Below, in pieces: positions 27,621-37,076 of a stretch of 56,159 nt of DNA (the first letter of the stretch is position 1; each line of letters opens with the position of its first letter). Where the stretch lies: assembly GCA_050012475.1 (NCBI GenBank), contig JBEKHC010000021.1:1-56159 (forward strand). Direction: 5' to 3'. The notes under the pieces were generated by a model. It was given only the letters and a program-made list of their open reading frames with translations, did no database searches and was not told the DNA's origin. Made by a program: the position numbers and the translations under genes. The DNA comes from Candidatus Velthaea sp. GTDB taxonomy: Bacteria; Vulcanimicrobiota; Vulcanimicrobiia; Vulcanimicrobiales; Vulcanimicrobiaceae.

Positions 27621-29063
27621 TTAGGCCGGACGAGGCCGCCGTTCTTCGCGAATCGTGCCGTTTTCGATCGTGCAGATGCGCGGCGTGAGCGCGACGATAT
27701 CGTCGTCCTCATCGTGGGCGATCGCAACGAGGGTAGTCCCGGCGTTGGCCATATCGCCCAACAGCGCCCGCAGGGCGCCCCGAAAAACGGTATCGAGCCC
27801 GTTCCAGATCTCGTCGAGGATGAAAATGTCCGGCCGGCGCACGAGGCTGCGCGCGATGAGGACTTTGCGCCGTTCGCCGAAGGAGAGCTGGGTGAAGGTC
27901 CGGCCGCGCAGCGATGCCAGCCCGATCCGGCCGATCAGTTCTTCGACCGCCGCCCGCTGGGCAGCGGTCGGCTCGCCGAACAGTCCGATGCTCGATGGAA
28001 AGCCCGAGGCAATCACCGCCTCGACGGTCTCGCCGCGGTCGTAGGCGATTTGCAAGTCGTCCGAAACGTGCGCCACGCGCTCCTTGAGTGTCCAAATGTC
28101 GAACGGCTCGCGGAGGCCGAAGCGGACCACGTCGGCGCCGGTCGCCGGCGCGATCGTGCCCGCGATCAGGCCCGCGAAGGTGGTCTTGCCGGCCCCGTTC
28201 GCACCGCGGATCGCGGTGTGCTCGCCGCGCCGGAGCTGCCAATCGACGCGGCGCAGAACCAGTGTCCGGCCGCGGTAGACGTCGGCGTGGCGGATCCGCA
28301 CCAAGACCGGAGCGTCCGTCAGCGAATCGGTGGCGACCTGACCGCTCGCGCGCGCGAGGCGCCGGTCCGCCGGCCGGCCGGGTGCCGCGGCAACGGTTCC
28401 GTCGCGCAAGGTTGCGCTGTGGGTGATCGCCGTCGGGAAATCGCTCAGCCGGTGGGAGGCGACGATGAGCGCTACCGAGCCTACGATGCGGTCCAGAAAC
28501 GCCAACACGTCGCGGCGCGCTTCTCTGTCCAACCCGTTGGTGAACTCATCGAGGATGAGCACTCGCGGTTCGCGGACCAGCGCGCGCGCGATCAGCAGGC
28601 GCCGGACCTGGCCCGACGACAGCTCGCGCAGCGGCCGTGAAGCGAAGTCGCCGAGCTCGAAATGGCCGATGAGCGCGTCGACACGTTCGGTTTGCCGAAC
28701 GTCGAGCGTTCGCGCGATGTACACCAAATCGTCGAAACCGCTCTCGATGACCGCCCGTCCGGCGAGTGGAAGGTCCAAGCGGACGTAGCGTTCGTGTTGT
28801 TCGGCGGAAACATGGCGAATCCACGTCGCTGCGCGGGTAACGGAGTCGAGCCGGACGCCGTCGGGCGAATAGGTGCGGCTTGCGCCGTCGTAGTCGATCC
28901 ATTGCGTCCCGGCGATGACGCGCAACAAGGTGCTTTTGCCCGAACCGTTTGGGCCGACGAAGGCCCAGTGTTCGCCGGCCCCCAGCGACCACGTAACGTT
29001 TTTGAGAATGTGACGGCCGGCGAGGTGAACGTTGACGCCTTGCAGGGAGATCAGCGGCAGCAC
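27621..29063 (-). CDS. ModF-like ABC ATPase with two nucleotide-binding domains
   Basis: GPNGSGKST/LSSGQ/LILDE and GANGAGKTT/LSFGE/FILDE. Confidence 0.88.
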   Translation of the reverse strand: MLPLISLQGVNVHLAGRHILKNVTWSLGAGEHWAFVGPNGSGKSTLLRVIAGTQWIDYDGASRTYSPDGVRLDSVTRAATWIRHVSAEQHERYVRLDLPLAGRAVIESGFDDLVYIARTLDVRQTERVDALIGHFELGDFASRPLRELSSGQVRRLLIARALVREPRVLILDEFTNGLDREARRDVLAFLDRIVGSVALIVASHRLSDFPTAITHSATLRDGTVAAAPGRPADRRLARASGQVATDSLTDAPVLVRIRHADVYRGRTLVLRRVDWQLRRGEHTAIRGANGAGKTTFAGLIAGTIAPATGADVVRFGLREPFDIWTLKERVAHVSDDLQIAYDRGETVEAVIASGFPSSIGLFGEPTAAQRAAVEELIGRIGLASLRGRTFTQLSFGERRKVLIARSLVRRPDIFILDEIWNGLDTVFRGALRALLGDMANAGTTLVAIAHDEDDDIVALTPRICTIENGTIREERRPRPA

Positions 29064-29074
29064 GGTCCCGCGGT

Positions 29075-29755
29075 TCAGTGTTTTGCGCGCACGAAAATCG
29101 TCGTGAGTTTCGGTTTGAGCGGAAACATTTTCGGCAGCCGGTAGGGCGTCGCGAAGATCGAGATGACGATCGTTCCGATGCTGATCGGAACGATCCAGCG
29201 CAGCTGCATCGGGACGCCGTGCGCGTTGATGACCACGAACGCGGTGACTGCCGAGATGTACGCCGCAATCATCGCGGTCATGTGCGCGAGCAGCGTTCCG
29301 TTGCGTGAGCGCGGCCCGAAAATCCCGCGCAGATCGTTGAGGGCGAAAGCAATCGCGATCCCACCCAGTCCCGCCATGATCGGCGACAAGCTGCGCATGA
29401 GCTTATCTGGGGGCGTCGCGGCGATCCAGAACAGCCAGATCGCGGCCAGGATCGTGACGAATGCCGCGCCGATGTCGACGCCGTTGTCGAGCGCATCTTC
29501 GCGCCGGCGTTTTCGGCGTAAAATGACCCGAAAGCCGTTGAAGATATAAAAGGCGCTGACGAACGACAGCGCGAGCAAGAAGATGTGCCCTTTGGGCTGC
29601 CACATGAAGCCGGCCGTGAAGAGCACCATAGCCATCGCGGCCATGAAAGCCTTGCCCCAGCGGCGATGCCAGCGACCGCCCTTTCGCGCGAAAAGCGCCG
29701 CCGGTGCGACCACCAGGACGAACGTGCCGAAGATCACGTGCAAAACGGTCATCAT
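29075..29755 (-). CDS. DUF2306-like membrane protein
   Basis: LHV..G, KGGRWHRRWGK, HMTAMIAAYISAVTAF; multiple TM helices. Confidence 0.75.
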   Translation of the reverse strand: MMTVLHVIFGTFVLVVAPAALFARKGGRWHRRWGKAFMAAMAMVLFTAGFMWQPKGHIFLLALSFVSAFYIFNGFRVILRRKRRREDALDNGVDIGAAFVTILAAIWLFWIAATPPDKLMRSLSPIMAGLGGIAIAFALNDLRGIFGPRSRNGTLLAHMTAMIAAYISAVTAFVVINAHGVPMQLRWIVPISIGTIVISIFATPYRLPKMFPLKPKLTTIFVRAKH

Positions 29756-29784
29756 GGTCGCTTCGGAACGGGTACAAGACGCGA

Positions 29785-30237
29785 GTGAGCCGCGCCTTCA
29801 TCAAAGACCGGGACGATGACGTTCCCGAACTCGTTATTCAATCGCACATCGCCGGCGTTCCGGTCCCGGTGACGCCTGCCGGCCGGTCGTTGCTCCAAGA
29901 GCAACTGCAGCGCGCGCAGAGTCCGGCTGAGCGCAAGCGCCTTGAAAATCTGATCGCGGACATCGTGGTACCCGAGCCGCCCGCCGACCGCGGCGTAGTC
30001 GCGTTCGGCGCGACCGTTGACGTGCGCGTCGACGCGGCGGCTCCGCGCCGGTTCACCATCGTCGGCGCCGACGAGGCGGACGTCCCCGCCGGCCGGATCA
30101 GCGCGCTCTCGCCGCTGGGCAAAGCGCTCCTGGGCGCCCGCGTCGGCGACGTCGTCACCTGGCGTCGTCCCGTTGGCGACGTCGCTGTGACGATCGACGC
30201 GATCGCGTACGAAGGAAGCCCCGGGGACCGGCCCTAA
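29785..30237 (+). CDS. GreA/GreB-family protein with a short N-terminal domain
   Basis: SRAFIKD N-terminus; VAFGATV, IVGADEAD...ISALSPLGKALLG GreA C-terminal domain. Confidence 0.85.
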   Translation: MSRAFIKDRDDDVPELVIQSHIAGVPVPVTPAGRSLLQEQLQRAQSPAERKRLENLIADIVVPEPPADRGVVAFGATVDVRVDAAAPRRFTIVGADEADVPAGRISALSPLGKALLGARVGDVVTWRRPVGDVAVTIDAIAYEGSPGDRP

Positions 30238-30366
30238 GCCACGCGGCCGGCCCGCTCAGATCGGCGTTGCCGGCGATTGGGTCGATCGCCATGATAGGGT
30301 GGTGCGCCGCCGGCCGGAATATGGCGGGAAATCGGCATTTTTCCGCAAGGATCGGATTCTCTGGAT

Positions 30367-32451
30367 TTGCCCGCCCGCCATAAAACGAGCCTCCTGAACG
30401 GGTCTTCCGAGGGCTCTCTTTCGGTCGATCTCGATCAGTGCGCGCAAGAGCCGATTCATATCATCGGCCACATTCAGAGTCACGGCTTGCTCTTCGCGCT
30501 CTCCGAGCCGGACTTCATCGTCCAGCAGGTCAGCAGCAACGTCGATGCGCTCGTCGGGCTCAAACCCGAAACCGTGCTCGGCCGGCCCTTCGACAGCGTG
30601 GTGGGGCGGCTGCAATTCGAGGCGTTCGAGACGCTCGTTCGAACGAACGATCTGCTCACCCCCGATCCCATTCGAATGTTCGTCGGCGACAAGGCGCACA
30701 AGATGAATTGCATCGTGCACCGGCAAGACGGCGTGCTCATCGTCGAGCTCGAACTCAAGCGCGGCGTCCATTCGCTCGAACCGCTCAATATTGCGTCGCA
30801 CTTGCGCATGCCGCTCATGCACATGGAGCGGGCGTCGAGCATCCTCAAATTAGCGCAAGTAGCTGCAACGGAGATCCGCCAGCTCAGCGGCTTCTCCCGG
30901 GTGATGGTCTACCGTTTCGATGAAGCTTGGAACGGCGAAGTCATCGCGGAGGCCGTGGCCGGCTCGACGGTCACCTATTTGGGACTGCGTTTCCCAGCCA
31001 GCGATATTCCGGCGCAGGCGCGCCGGCTGTTCTTACTCAATCACCTGCGCCTCATCGCCAACGTCAAGTCCGAACCCGTGCCGATCGTCCCCGAGATCGG
31101 CCCGCGCACCGGACGTCCGCTGGATCTGACGCGGTCGGCCCTGCGCAGTCCGTCCCCGGTGCACATCGAGTATCTCAAGAACATGGGCGTCGGTTCGTCC
31201 TTGACCATTTCGATCGTCGTCGAACATCGGCTGTGGGGACTGATCGCCTGTCACCACCGCAAGGCGCACCACGTCGACACGCCGACCCGTTCGGTCTGCG
31301 AGCTCATCGGTGAGATGCTGGCTTCGCAAATCGCGCTGAGAACCGACAATGCAGCGCTCAAGCTGCGTTTGAGTTCGCACAAGCTCTTGGAGAAATGCCT
31401 CAAGGATCTCGAAGCGGCAAAATCGCTCGTCGATGCGGCCTTCGCGCGCGTGCGGCTGCTGAATCTGTTCGACGCGGACGGACTCATTGCGCGGATCGAC
31501 GATATCGTGACGACGCAGGGCGAGGTGGTCGGGGAAGAGCAGCTGTTGCCGGCAATCGACAAACTGCGCAGCCAGGCGTCGCGCGGCGTCGCGATGTCGA
31601 ATGCGCTGGGTGCGCTCGACTCGAGCGCCGAGTCGTACGCTAAAAAAGTGAGCGGAGCGCTGTACGTCGGCTCGTCGGAACCAAACGGCGACTACCTGCT
31701 GCTCGTGCGCGGCGAGGTCATCGAAACGGTTCGCTGGGCCGGCAATCCGGACAAACCCGTAGAGCCCGGTTCGGGCGGCGCGCTGCGGCCGCGAACGTCG
31801 TTTGAGGCGTGGCAGGAAACCGTGCGCGGGCGCAGCCGGCCCTGGACCGACCTCGAACTGGAAAACGCGCACGCGCTGCGCGAACTGCTCATGCGGCTGG
31901 AAGAAGAGCGCCGGCTGCGCAAATTCGAGGAGCGGGTGCGCTATATGGCGCATCACGACGCGCTGACCGGCCTATTTAACCGCGATTCGATCAACCTCAA
32001 GCTCGAGCAGTGCGTGAACGAGGCGAACGCTGCGGGCTCATCGTTCGCCGTGATCTTCATCGATCTCGACGGCTTTCGGGGCTTCAACGACCGCTTCGGT
32101 CATGCCGCCGGCGATCAGGCGCTCGAGACGGTGGCCGAGCGAATGCGCAAGTTGGCCCGTTCCGAAGATCTCGTCGGCCGGCTGGGCAACGATGAGTTCA
32201 TCTTCATCGTGCCGACCTTCTCGGACGACACCGCGCGCGCCGTCGCCCGGCGTCTGCTCGGCGCGATCGAGGAACCGTTCGGCTCCGGTCCGGGCTTCGA
32301 GCTCGAGATCAGCGCGAGCCTGGGGCTGAGCCGATACCCCGAGGATGGCCGAAACGGCGAGGCCCTGGTCGGTCGGGCATATCTGGCCATGCATCGGGTC
32401 AAGCTCCGGGGCGGCGGCGGTTTCGAGGCCTTCGAGGACGGAGAAGGGTAG
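30367..32451 (+). CDS. Bacteriophytochrome (PAS-GAF-PHY) fused to a GGDEF domain
   Basis: CAQEPIH..G.IQSHG, RVMVYRF, FPASDIP, PVHIEYL, LWGLIACHH, PRTSF; DALTGLFNR, DLDGF..FNDRFGH..GD, RLGNDEF. Confidence 0.93.
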   Translation: MPARHKTSLLNGSSEGSLSVDLDQCAQEPIHIIGHIQSHGLLFALSEPDFIVQQVSSNVDALVGLKPETVLGRPFDSVVGRLQFEAFETLVRTNDLLTPDPIRMFVGDKAHKMNCIVHRQDGVLIVELELKRGVHSLEPLNIASHLRMPLMHMERASSILKLAQVAATEIRQLSGFSRVMVYRFDEAWNGEVIAEAVAGSTVTYLGLRFPASDIPAQARRLFLLNHLRLIANVKSEPVPIVPEIGPRTGRPLDLTRSALRSPSPVHIEYLKNMGVGSSLTISIVVEHRLWGLIACHHRKAHHVDTPTRSVCELIGEMLASQIALRTDNAALKLRLSSHKLLEKCLKDLEAAKSLVDAAFARVRLLNLFDADGLIARIDDIVTTQGEVVGEEQLLPAIDKLRSQASRGVAMSNALGALDSSAESYAKKVSGALYVGSSEPNGDYLLLVRGEVIETVRWAGNPDKPVEPGSGGALRPRTSFEAWQETVRGRSRPWTDLELENAHALRELLMRLEEERRLRKFEERVRYMAHHDALTGLFNRDSINLKLEQCVNEANAAGSSFAVIFIDLDGFRGFNDRFGHAAGDQALETVAERMRKLARSEDLVGRLGNDEFIFIVPTFSDDTARAVARRLLGAIEEPFGSGPGFELEISASLGLSRYPEDGRNGEALVGRAYLAMHRVKLRGGGGFEAFEDGEG

Positions 32452-32478
32452 GTGGGTTGCTCTACGGGTTAGCCTTCA

Positions 32479-32524
32479 GGCTTCGCCCAAGCCGTCCGGT
32501 CGCGGCTGGGCTTCGCCCAAGCCG
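32479..32524. repeat. Two direct copies of the 16-mer hairpin GGCTTCGCCCAAGCCG (REP-like)
   Basis: Copies at 32479-32494 and 32509-32524. Related intergenic copies at 13467-13482 (minus, 15/16 match), 7963-7979, 46896-46911 and 4277-4291 (minus). Confidence 0.6.
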
Positions 32525-32567
32525 GCCGTCGCGTCTGAAAGCCCGACGCGTTCCCTGGGGACCGGGG

Positions 32568-32596
32568 TAGCCATTGCGGCGCGGAAGCGGTATACT
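32568..32596 (+). promoter_or_regulatory. Putative sigma70 promoter of rpsR-rplI-lon-dnaB
   Basis: TAGCCA-N17-TATACT. Confidence 0.5.
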
Positions 32597-32744
32597 CACT
32601 TGAGCGCCTTTGAGCGATCCCGGCAGCCGTGTTTGCTTGGGATCATTTTTTCGGCGAAATCCGCCCTTTCGGCGGTCGTCCCGAACCGGGACGTGTGTAG
32701 GGGCGCCGCGTGCGCCCGTTACCCACCTACATGAAAGAAGAGTC

Positions 32745-33002
32745 ATGCCACCAGCCAAAAAGCGCACCGGCGGAGCCGCCAAAAAAGAACGCCGTCCCAA
32801 GCGCAAGGTTTGTAATTTCTGCGCCGACAAGCTGCCGGACATCAACTATAAGGATGCGACGCGCTTGCGCAAGTACATCAGCGAACGCGGCAAGATCTTG
32901 CCGCGGCGCATCTCGGGCAACTGTGCGCGCCATCAGCGCGGCTTGACGGTTGCCGTCAAGCGTGCCCGCATCATCGCATTTCTTCCGTTCGCGTCCGAAT
33001 AG
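32745..33002 (+). CDS. rpsR: 30S ribosomal protein S18 (Zn-binding C+ type)
   Basis: [38 protein letters not shown]. Confidence 0.98.
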   Translation: MPPAKKRTGGAAKKERRPKRKVCNFCADKLPDINYKDATRLRKYISERGKILPRRISGNCARHQRGLTVAVKRARIIAFLPFASE

Positions 33003-33023
33003 TCGAAGGGTTTTTCAGAACGT

Positions 33024-33473
33024 ATGAAAGTCATTTTGCTGAACGACGTCGCGTCGCTCGGTAAGCGCGGGACCGTGGTCAATGTTGCCGACGGCTACGC
33101 GAACAACTATCTCTTTCCGCGGGATCTCGCCGCGGAAGCATCCGGCGGCGCCCTCAAAATGCTCGAGCAGCAAAATCGCGCCAAGCAAAAGCGGCAAGCC
33201 GAAGAAGTCGCGAACTCGCGCGAAGTCGCCGACCAACTGGAGCAGATGGTGCTCAAGGTCGCCGCGAAGGCCGGCGGCAACGGCCGGCTGTTCGGAACCA
33301 TCACCAACGCCCAAGTGGCGGACGCGATTCACCAGCAGCTCAACGTCGCGATCGATCGGCACAAGATCGAGATGAAAGACGGCATCAAGGCGCTGGGAAC
33401 GTATCCCGTGCAAGTTCGCTTGGGCAACAACATCGTCGCGAAAACATCGGTGCAGGTCGTCAATCAAAGCTAA
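33024..33473 (+). CDS. rplI: 50S ribosomal protein L9
   Basis: MKVILLNDVASLGKRG..V.VADGYANNYLFP, GRLFGTIT. Confidence 0.98.
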   Translation: MKVILLNDVASLGKRGTVVNVADGYANNYLFPRDLAAEASGGALKMLEQQNRAKQKRQAEEVANSREVADQLEQMVLKVAAKAGGNGRLFGTITNAQVADAIHQQLNVAIDRHKIEMKDGIKALGTYPVQVRLGNNIVAKTSVQVVNQS

Positions 33474-33490
33474 GGATGTAGGCCTTTCCG

Positions 33491-35440
33491 GTGGCTGACT
33501 CGGAAGAGAATCCGCACGTCGGGCGCTTCCGCCGTAAATACGGCGGCGATGAAGGAGTGCGTCGCGAGGTCGCGGCGCTCTTCGACGTGCTTTCGGCGGC
33601 GCTGGGTCCCGAGAAAGTCGTGCTGCGCGCGGGGAAGCTCGGCACGCTCAAGCAAATGCGGTCGACGGCGTTGCCCGATCGTCTGCTCGCGTTGCAGCGG
33701 CTGGTCTTCGAGGACCCCACCATCGAGAAGGTGCCGGCAAAGCCGCAGTATCGCAAGATCATCGGCGAGATCGAAGACGCGCTGGCCGATCTCGTCGCGC
33801 AGCGCAACGTCGAAGAGAGCCTCGAACGCAAGATCAACGCCAAGATGTTGCTGCGCCATCAAGAGTATCTGCGCGATCTCAAATTGGAGGCGTTGCGCGA
33901 GGAAGCCGGCCCCGAAACGCCGGCGACGCAGCGCAAGCTCGACGATCTCGCGGCGCTCGACGGGCGCAAGCTCAACACGGCCGCGCTCGACGTTCTGCGG
34001 CCGCGCACGCTGGGCGAGATCGTGGGCCAGAAGTCGGCGATTCGCGCGCTGATCGCCAAACTGACCTCGCCGTATCCGCAGCATGTCATTTTGTACGGCC
34101 CGCCCGGGGTCGGCAAAACGACGGTGGCGCGGCTGGCGCTCGAACTCGCCAAGGCCCGGCCCCATGCGCCGTTTGCCGCCGATGCTCCGTTCGTCGAAGC
34201 CAGCGGAACGACGCTGCGCTACGATCATCGGGAAACGACGAACCCGCTGCTGGGCAGCGTGCACGACCCGATCTATCAGGGTTCGCGGCGCGAGTTCGCC
34301 GAGGGCGGCATCCCCGAGCCCAAGCTGGGCTTGGTCACCCGGGCACACGGCGGCGTGCTGTTCATCGATGAGATCGGCGAGATGGACGCGACGATGCAGA
34401 CCAAACTGCTCAAAGTCCTCGAAGACAAGCGGGTGACGTTCGAGTCGTCGTACTACGACGAACACGATCCCGGCGTCCCGGCGTACGTCAAGAAATTGTT
34501 CGCCGACGGCGCGCCGGCTGATTTCATTTTGATCGGTGCGACAACCCGCGACCCGGATGCCATTGATGCGGCGATCCGTTCGCGCTGCGCTGCGGTCTAC
34601 TTCGAGCCGCTCACCCAGGCGCAAGTGATCCGGATCGTCGAGGAAGCCGCCGAACGGCTGGGCACGAAGATTGCCAAGTCGGTGCCGGCCCTGATCGCAT
34701 CGTATACGATCGAGGGCCGCAAAGCGGTGCAAATCCTGGCCGATGCGCACGGTCACGCACTGTATCGTCAGGGCGCGCGGACGCGGGCGCTCATGGTGCG
34801 CGACGAAGACGTGATCGACGTGGTGCAGGCCGGGCGGCTGTCGCAGCACACCCTCGCGCGGGCACGGCGCGGCAAGGAAATCGGCAAGATGCACGGCTTG
34901 GGCGTCATGCATTACGTCGGATCGATCATCGAGATCGAGGCGGCGGCGTTCCCGGCCCGGGAAGCGCGCAAAGGTGCCGTGCGCTTCAACGATACCGCCG
35001 GGTCGATGTCGCGCGACTCGGTCTTCAATGCGACGGCGATCGTGCGCGCGCTCGCCGGGATCGATCCGGCCGACTTCGACCTTCACGTCAACGTCGTGGG
35101 CGGCGGAAACATCGACGGCCCGTCGGCGGGATTGGCGTTCTTTTTGGCGTTGTATTCCGCGCTCACGAAAACGCCGTTGCCGCAGGACGTGGCAGTTACC
35201 GGCGAAGTCTCGATCGCCGGCAACGTGCGTGCGATCGGCGGCGTCGTCGAAAAGTTGTATGCGGCGCGCCAGGCCGGGATGCGCGCGATCGTCATTCCCA
35301 AAGAGAACGCGCGTGAGATCGAGGCGACGCCCGACGGCATCGCCGTCATTCCGGTTGCGTCGGTCGCCGATGCGCTCGCCGCGTGCGGCTTGCGCGTTCC
35401 GCTGCCGCCGTTGACCCGCGCGCGCAAGAGCGCGCGATGA
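33491..35440 (+). CDS. lonC: Lon-family ATP-dependent protease (LonC/LonB clostridial type)
   Basis: LRPRTLGEIVGQ, YPQHVILYGPPGVGKTT, NPLLGSVHDPIYQG, LFIDEIGEM, Ser-Lys dyad DGPSAG...EKLYAA. Confidence 0.88.
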   Translation: MADSEENPHVGRFRRKYGGDEGVRREVAALFDVLSAALGPEKVVLRAGKLGTLKQMRSTALPDRLLALQRLVFEDPTIEKVPAKPQYRKIIGEIEDALADLVAQRNVEESLERKINAKMLLRHQEYLRDLKLEALREEAGPETPATQRKLDDLAALDGRKLNTAALDVLRPRTLGEIVGQKSAIRALIAKLTSPYPQHVILYGPPGVGKTTVARLALELAKARPHAPFAADAPFVEASGTTLRYDHRETTNPLLGSVHDPIYQGSRREFAEGGIPEPKLGLVTRAHGGVLFIDEIGEMDATMQTKLLKVLEDKRVTFESSYYDEHDPGVPAYVKKLFADGAPADFILIGATTRDPDAIDAAIRSRCAAVYFEPLTQAQVIRIVEEAAERLGTKIAKSVPALIASYTIEGRKAVQILADAHGHALYRQGARTRALMVRDEDVIDVVQAGRLSQHTLARARRGKEIGKMHGLGVMHYVGSIIEIEAAAFPAREARKGAVRFNDTAGSMSRDSVFNATAIVRALAGIDPADFDLHVNVVGGGNIDGPSAGLAFFLALYSALTKTPLPQDVAVTGEVSIAGNVRAIGGVVEKLYAARQAGMRAIVIPKENAREIEATPDGIAVIPVASVADALAACGLRVPLPPLTRARKSAR

Positions 35441-36807
35441 ACGCTCCGCAATATCTCTCCGCCGTCGACCGGATCCCGCCCAACAATTTAGAAGCCGAGA
35501 TGGCGCTGCTGGGTTCGGTGCTCGTCGACAAGGAGATGATGGCGACGGTCAGCGAGATCGTGCGCCCCGAAGATTTCTACGCCAGCCTGCACGAGACGAT
35601 TTTTCACGCCCTTTTGGCGCTCAACGAACGCGGCGAACCGCTCGACAAGATCTCACTGGCCGAGGAACTGCGTTCGCGGGGCATGCTCGACAAAGTCGGC
35701 GGCATCGCCTATTTGTCGTCGCTGATGGACACCGTCGCGACTGCCGCGTCGGCAGAGTACTATGCCAAGATCGTGCGCGAGAAGTCGTCGCTGCGCGGCT
35801 TGATCCACGCCGGCACGCAGATCAGCAAGCTCGGCTACGAAGCCGAAGACGATGTTCCCGCGGCGCTCGATTCGAGCGAACAGATCGTATACGACGTCAC
35901 CAATCGCGGAACGAGCAAGAAGTTTGCTCCGGTGGGCGATCTGCTGCTGGGTGTCTTCCAGGACCTCGAGCGGCGCTTCGAGCACAAGGGCGACCGCACC
36001 GGCGTCACCAGCGGCTACCGAGACATCGACGACTACACGGCCGGCTGGCAGCCGGGCAACTTGGTCATCGTCGCCGCGCGGCCGGCGATGGGAAAAACGT
36101 CGATGGCGCTCAACATGGCCGTCGCCGCGGCGAAAGACGAGCGGCTCCCGATCGCGATCTTCTCGCTCGAGATGACCAAACAAGAACTCGTCGAGCGCTT
36201 CATCTCATCCGAAGGCCGGCTCGACGCCTCCAAACTGCGCCGTGGTTCGATCAAAGAAAACGAATGGGAAGACATCGGCAAAGCGATGGGCGTGCTGCAC
36301 GACCTGCCGATCTATCTCGACGATTCGGGTTCGGTCACCGTCACGGAGATTCGCAGCCGCTGCCGGCGGCTCAAGTCCAGCGTTGGGCTTGCGGCGGTCT
36401 TCATCGACTACTTGCAGCTCGTGCGTCCGGGGACGATGGGCCGCAACGTCAACCGCAACGAAGAACTTTCGGATATTTGCCGCGTGCTCAAAGCGACGGC
36501 CAAAGATCTGAGCATTCCAATCATCGCGCTGGCGCAGCTCAACCGCGGCGTCGAAGCGCGCCAAGACAAGCGCCCCATGCTCGCGGATTTGCGCGACTCC
36601 GGCGCCATCGAACAAGAGGCGGATCTCGTTACCTTTTTATACCGCGATGCGTACTACAATCGGGAAACGACGCCCGATCCGGACTTGACGGAGTTCATCA
36701 TCGCCAAGCATCGCAACGGCAAAGTCGGGACGGTTCGGTTGCGGTTCTTGCAAGAGCACACGCTGTTCGTGCCGTACGGCGACGAGTCGCACTTCGCTGG
36801 ACCGTAA
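35437..36807 (+). CDS. dnaB: Replicative DNA helicase
   Basis: PPNNLEAEMALLG, AARPAMGKT, FSLEM, IDYLQL, QLNR, DLRDSGAIEQEAD, AKHRNG. No intein. Confidence 0.98.
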   Translation: MNAPQYLSAVDRIPPNNLEAEMALLGSVLVDKEMMATVSEIVRPEDFYASLHETIFHALLALNERGEPLDKISLAEELRSRGMLDKVGGIAYLSSLMDTVATAASAEYYAKIVREKSSLRGLIHAGTQISKLGYEAEDDVPAALDSSEQIVYDVTNRGTSKKFAPVGDLLLGVFQDLERRFEHKGDRTGVTSGYRDIDDYTAGWQPGNLVIVAARPAMGKTSMALNMAVAAAKDERLPIAIFSLEMTKQELVERFISSEGRLDASKLRRGSIKENEWEDIGKAMGVLHDLPIYLDDSGSVTVTEIRSRCRRLKSSVGLAAVFIDYLQLVRPGTMGRNVNRNEELSDICRVLKATAKDLSIPIIALAQLNRGVEARQDKRPMLADLRDSGAIEQEADLVTFLYRDAYYNRETTPDPDLTEFIIAKHRNGKVGTVRLRFLQEHTLFVPYGDESHFAGP

Positions 36808-36841
36808 ACCGCGAGCTTCCTCGCTGGAGTAAGTTGAGCGC

Positions 36842-36874
36842 CTTAAGTCCGGCTTAACCTTCGTCCGGTACATT
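36842..36874 (+). promoter_or_regulatory. Candidate Pho-box promoter of the TonB-dependent receptor
   Basis: CTTAAGTCCGG-CTTAACC (11-bp period), 9 nt, then TACATT. Confidence 0.6.
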
Positions 36875-37076
36875 GGCTTTGCGGCGCCGTTCGGGTTCGT
36901 TCATGCAGCGAACCCGCTCGGTCGCGTGCAACTCATCCGTGATGCTGAGCGGGCTTCGCGCACGATTCGTGCATGCTCGGCCGGCTTTATGCGCGCTGAT
37001 TCAGCGCGTCTTTATGAGTGGCCGCGCCGGGCATTTGGCGTCCGCTTCACTATCGCACGACTATTTTGGGGGACTT

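Noticed and set aside
32479..32524. Mini CRISPR array
   Set aside because: Only two 16-nt repeats with a 14-nt spacer and no cas genes.
35437..36807. Intein in DnaB
   Set aside because: Normal length (456 aa) with contiguous motifs.
36873..37076. N-terminal extension of the TBDR (999-aa ORF)
   Set aside because: It precedes the signal peptide and overlaps the predicted -10 box and a hairpin-rich leader, so it is more likely untranslated.
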